From: an uncultured Eubacterium sp.
GTDB taxonomy: Bacteria > Bacillota > Clostridia > Lachnospirales > Lachnospiraceae
Assembly: GCA_947178105.1 (NCBI GenBank)
Contig: CAMWXD010000019.1
Span: 216 to 64,215 of the forward strand
Length of the DNA: 64,000 nt
Direction: 5' to 3'
Positions 60,585-64,000 of the stretch are shown one piece after another. The first letter of the stretch is position 1. Each line of letters begins with the position of its first letter. Position numbers and translations under genes: made by a program. The notes below the pieces were generated by a model. The model did no database searches, was not told the DNA's origin, and was given only the letters and a program-made list of their open reading frames with translations.

Positions 60585-61513
60585 AAGAATGGATCCGGCT
60601 AGAGCCGGTTTTTAAGCAGATGGTATGGGGCGGGAGCCGTATGAGGGAATTTTTCGGATATAATATTCCGGGCAATGATACAGGAGAAGCCTGGTGTGTC
60701 AGCGCACATGCGCAGGGAGACTGTATGGTTTTGGGCGGCAGGTTTGCCGGGCGTACGTTATCCTGGCTGTGGGAGCATGAGCGGGGGCTGTTTGGCGGCA
60801 TTGCCGGAAAAGAATTCCCGCTGCTTGTAAAATATATTGATGCAAAAGAGGATTTGAGCATACAGGTACATCCCGATGACCGCTATGCAGGCATTCATGA
60901 GGACGGCGCCAGAGGAAAAACGGAATGCTGGTATATCCTGGACTGTAAAAAAGACGCTGATATTATTATCGGGCATTCTGCCAGGGATCAATCTGAGCTG
61001 GAAACGATGATTCGGGAAAACCGCTGGAAGGATCTGCTGCGTGTCCGTCCGATTCAGGCTGGGGATTTCTTTCAGATTGAGCCGGGGACAATACATGCCA
61101 TTCGAAAAGGCACGTTTTTAATTGAAATACAGCAAAATTCAGATATTACGTACCGCCTGTATGATTATGGCCGCTGTCCGGGCGGAAAACCGAGGCAGCT
61201 TCATTTGCAGCAGGCTATGGATGTGGTGAAATGCCCTTATAAAGGCCAGACAGCAGCGCCGGAGGTATTTTATGGGCAGGGATACGAACGGGCTACCCTG
61301 GTCACATGCCCGTTTTATACGGTAGAAAAGTATACTGTCCGGGAAATACTGGACATCAGGCAGGATCATCCGTTTATGATTCTTTGCGTAACCGATGGCA
61401 GCGGTACGATAGATGGCTCCTCTGTAAAAAAAGGGGACAATTTGATCCTGCCTTTTGGCTATGGAACAGCACAGATCAAAGGCAACCTGTCGGTGATGGC
61501 TGCATTTGTATAA
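60581..61513 (+). CDS. manA: Mannose-6-phosphate isomerase type I (GmuF-like)
   Basis: WGG, GEAW, FPLLVK, LSIQVHP, GKTECWY, EIQQNSDITYRLYDY. Confidence 0.92.
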   Translation: MKEWIRLEPVFKQMVWGGSRMREFFGYNIPGNDTGEAWCVSAHAQGDCMVLGGRFAGRTLSWLWEHERGLFGGIAGKEFPLLVKYIDAKEDLSIQVHPDDRYAGIHEDGARGKTECWYILDCKKDADIIIGHSARDQSELETMIRENRWKDLLRVRPIQAGDFFQIEPGTIHAIRKGTFLIEIQQNSDITYRLYDYGRCPGGKPRQLHLQQAMDVVKCPYKGQTAAPEVFYGQGYERATLVTCPFYTVEKYTVREILDIRQDHPFMILCVTDGSGTIDGSSVKKGDNLILPFGYGTAQIKGNLSVMAAFV

Positions 61514-61542
61514 AGGAAAATAAGCGGCAGAAAGGATGCCGC

Positions 61543-62058
61543 TTATTTTAATAAATGGTCGATCAGAAGCATATAGATGTCATCTGTCTGGCATTTCCAG
61601 TTTGCGCAGATGGCTTCTGCCTGTTCTTTATTTCGTACGTTCAGTGTCAGGTCCAGTTGGGGGATCCCCTTTTCACGGAGCTGGCAGTGGACGGCGTATT
61701 TTTTTTCCGGTGTAATGTAATAATCTGCAATGGCAGCGGCGGCAGCGGCGATCTGGAGATTGTTTTCCGTGATATATTGCCTGATATCTGACTGGATCTC
61801 CGCATTGATCTTATTTTCAAAAAAATGCAGTGACTCTTCGCCAGCGGGCGTAATCGTATACTGGACGTTGTTGTGGGAAGCCTCCTGCCGGATAAACTGT
61901 GCTTCATTCAGCTCGTGCAGTGCCTCCTGGAGCGTAAAATACGTCGTATATTCTTTTCCAAGGAAAAAATCAGAAAGCAGCGTATTGGTCAGGGGCGCTT
62001 CGGACTGGTCGAGCATGGATAAGATCATCAGCTTGTATAATGTAATCGGTTCTGCCAT
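61543..62058 (-). CDS. DUF4364-like winged-helix protein
   Basis: TLYKLMILSML...PLTN...FFL.KEYTTYFTLQ pattern. Confidence 0.72.
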   Translation of the reverse strand: MAEPITLYKLMILSMLDQSEAPLTNTLLSDFFLGKEYTTYFTLQEALHELNEAQFIRQEASHNNVQYTITPAGEESLHFFENKINAEIQSDIRQYITENNLQIAAAAAAIADYYITPEKKYAVHCQLREKGIPQLDLTLNVRNKEQAEAICANWKCQTDDIYMLLIDHLLK

Positions 62059-62084
62059 AGGGAATACCTCCGGATTGTTTTTTC

Positions 62085-63236
62085 TTATTTAATATGCATT
62101 TTAACAGCCTCGCTGACAGCCTTTGCCATACGCGGGTCAAATGCCTGCGGCATGATATGGCCGTCACACAGTTCTTCGTCTGATACAAGCCCTGCAATCG
62201 CTTTGGCAGCGGCAAGCTTCATCTCTTCGGTAATCTGTTTTGCGTGGCCTTCCAGCGCACCTTTAAAAATACCCGGAAAAGCAGCGACATTGTTTACCTG
62301 GTTTGGGAAATCGCTCCTGCCGGTTCCGACGATGCGGACACCGGCGGCCTTGGCGGCATCCGGCATAATTTCCGGCACCGGGTTTGCCATGGCAAATAAA
62401 ATCGCGTCCGTATTCATCGAGGCAGCCATTTCCTGCGTTACGATATTCGGAGCCGACACGCCGATAAAAATATCTGCTCCTTTCAGCGCGTCTGCCAGGG
62501 AGCCGCGGGCGTTTTCCAGGTTGGTGACAAGCGCCATTTCCTGCTGCATCCAGTTCAGCTCAGGATCGTCCTTTCCGATGATCCCATTGCGGTCGCACAT
62601 CGTAATATGCAAAAAGCCGTAAGACAACAGCAGCTTTGTAATTGCGATACCGGCAGAACCAGCGCCGTTTACGACGACTTTGCAGTCTTCCTTTTTCTTG
62701 CCGGTGATGCGCAGGCTGTTGATAATGCCTGCAAGTACGACGATCGCTGTCCCGTGCTGGTCGTCGTGGAACACCGGGATTTCCAGTATTTCCTTTAAGC
62801 GGGCCTCGATTTCAAAACAGCGCGGAGCCGCAATATCTTCCAGGTTGATGCCGCCGAAGCCTGGAGCGATGTGTTTGACAGCCTGTATGATTTCTTCGGT
62901 ATCCTGTGTATCCAGGCAGATCGGCACGGCATTGATATTTGCAAATTCTTTAAACAGCACACATTTGCCTTCCATCACAGGCATTGCCGCATACGGCCCG
63001 ATATTGCCAAGGCCAAGTACTGCGCTTCCGTCAGAGACAACGGCGACTGTATTGGATTTGATCGTATAAGTATAAGCAAGAGACGGGTCTTTCGCAATCA
63101 ATTTGCACGGCTCTGCGACGCCCGGCGTATATGCAATCGCAAGGTCTTCGCTTGTTTTTACCGGTGACTTTGAGACCGTTTCCAGCTTTCCGTTCCATTG
63201 TTTGTGCATCAAAAGGGCTTTTTCCTTCTGGTCCAT
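62085..63236 (-). CDS. NAD(P)-dependent malic enzyme
   Basis: AYTPGVA, DGSAVLGLG, PVMEGK, NLEDI, FHDDQHGT, ANP, GRSDFPNQVNN. Confidence 0.93.
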   Translation of the reverse strand: MDQKEKALLMHKQWNGKLETVSKSPVKTSEDLAIAYTPGVAEPCKLIAKDPSLAYTYTIKSNTVAVVSDGSAVLGLGNIGPYAAMPVMEGKCVLFKEFANINAVPICLDTQDTEEIIQAVKHIAPGFGGINLEDIAAPRCFEIEARLKEILEIPVFHDDQHGTAIVVLAGIINSLRITGKKKEDCKVVVNGAGSAGIAITKLLLSYGFLHITMCDRNGIIGKDDPELNWMQQEMALVTNLENARGSLADALKGADIFIGVSAPNIVTQEMAASMNTDAILFAMANPVPEIMPDAAKAAGVRIVGTGRSDFPNQVNNVAAFPGIFKGALEGHAKQITEEMKLAAAKAIAGLVSDEELCDGHIMPQAFDPRMAKAVSEAVKMHIK

Positions 63237-63582
63237 GGGAATCTCCTTTCTGTTGTATATGTAAAATGTTACTAAAACTTACACCAACATTACAATGATA
63301 TCACCAATATTTTAATAAATCAAGAAAAAGGGCTTCCTATTTTCCAAAGAATGGTGTATAATATTCCTATTCACGGGTCAGGAATGTGCATTTACTGCGC
63401 ATTTCGCGAGAATAATATTTACTGTACGGAACGTATAAAAACATAAATTTTGGATGTATTTAATGATGTATCTTAAAGGTTCCTTAGTTAGAAATCACAG
63501 TTTGTTCAAACAGACTTCAGCAATTTTATTTATGGCGTTCGGATTGATGAATCCCAATATTACTAAGAATAGGAGAATTTGA

Positions 63583-64000
63583 ATGAGGGAAAAATATGAA
63601 ACTTTATCTTTGGCTGTTTTAAGAGAGCTTGCAAAAGCGCGTGGTTTAAGAGGAATCAGCGGGTTAAAGAAGTCAGATTTGATTGACCGTATGGTAACGG
63701 AGGATGAAAAGCTCAAGGAGCAGAATGGGCAGGCAGGCAAGGAAGATCCAAAACCAGATACAGGGACATCAAAACAGGAAAAAGAGCAAAGCGAAGCGGC
63801 GGGGCAGGCGCGTGCAGCCGGACAGCCGGAAAAAATGGAACGGACGGAAAACCGGAACGACCAATCAAATAAAGCAGAGAAGCCGGAACGTGCGGAGAAC
63901 CGTACGGACAGGCAGGAACGGACAGAAAGCCGCGGTGACAGCCGCAGCGAAAACCGAAATGAAAACCGCATGGATCGCCGGGATGCGAGCGGCAGCGAAG
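63583..64000 (+). CDS. rho: Transcription termination factor Rho, 5' part (runs off window; absent from the ORF track)
   Basis: RBS aggag; MREKYETLSLAVLRELAKARGLRGISGLKKSDLIDRM is a Rho N-terminal helical motif, followed by a charged low-complexity insertion. Confidence 0.8.
   Translation, partial: MREKYETLSLAVLRELAKARGLRGISGLKKSDLIDRMVTEDEKLKEQNGQAGKEDPKPDTGTSKQEKEQSEAAGQARAAGQPEKMERTENRNDQSNKAEKPERAENRTDRQERTESRGDSRSENRNENRMDRRDASGSE

Noticed and set aside
63495-63971. 158-aa minus-strand ORF
   Set aside because: Shadow of the plus-strand rho 5' end, which has an RBS and recognisable motif

Overview
A 64-kb chromosomal window from a low-GC Gram-positive gut anaerobe (gene content and style suggest Lachnospiraceae; inference). 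Most of it is housekeeping or metabolic: an Opp/Nik-type ABC transporter, azlCD-lysA, cdaR/msmK, MCP plus a sugar-binding lipoprotein, ispF-cysS-mrnC-rlmB-sigH, gap-pgk-tpiA, degV, mgtE, a two-component system with an FtsX-type ABC exporter, ppaC, a gmu-like beta-mannoside/beta-glucoside PTS operon, malic enzyme and the 5' end of rho. The main oddities are: (1) a mec-like module, PBP2a-type class B1 PBP plus BlaR1 and BlaI, arranged convergently with matching TTACnGATGTAA boxes at both promoters; (2) two Rpn-family PD-(D/E)XK nucleases, each with an in-frame internal RBS+ATG that would make a small RpnS-like protein; (3) an AT-rich accessory patch with a leader-peptide/attenuator ahead of a GNAT gene and fused gene remnants; (4) two ~165-bp structured palindromic elements; (5) a tail-anchored protein built of 11/22-residue amphipathic repeats. 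No rRNA, tRNA or CRISPR array was seen. All functional calls are from motif recognition by eye; no database search was run.
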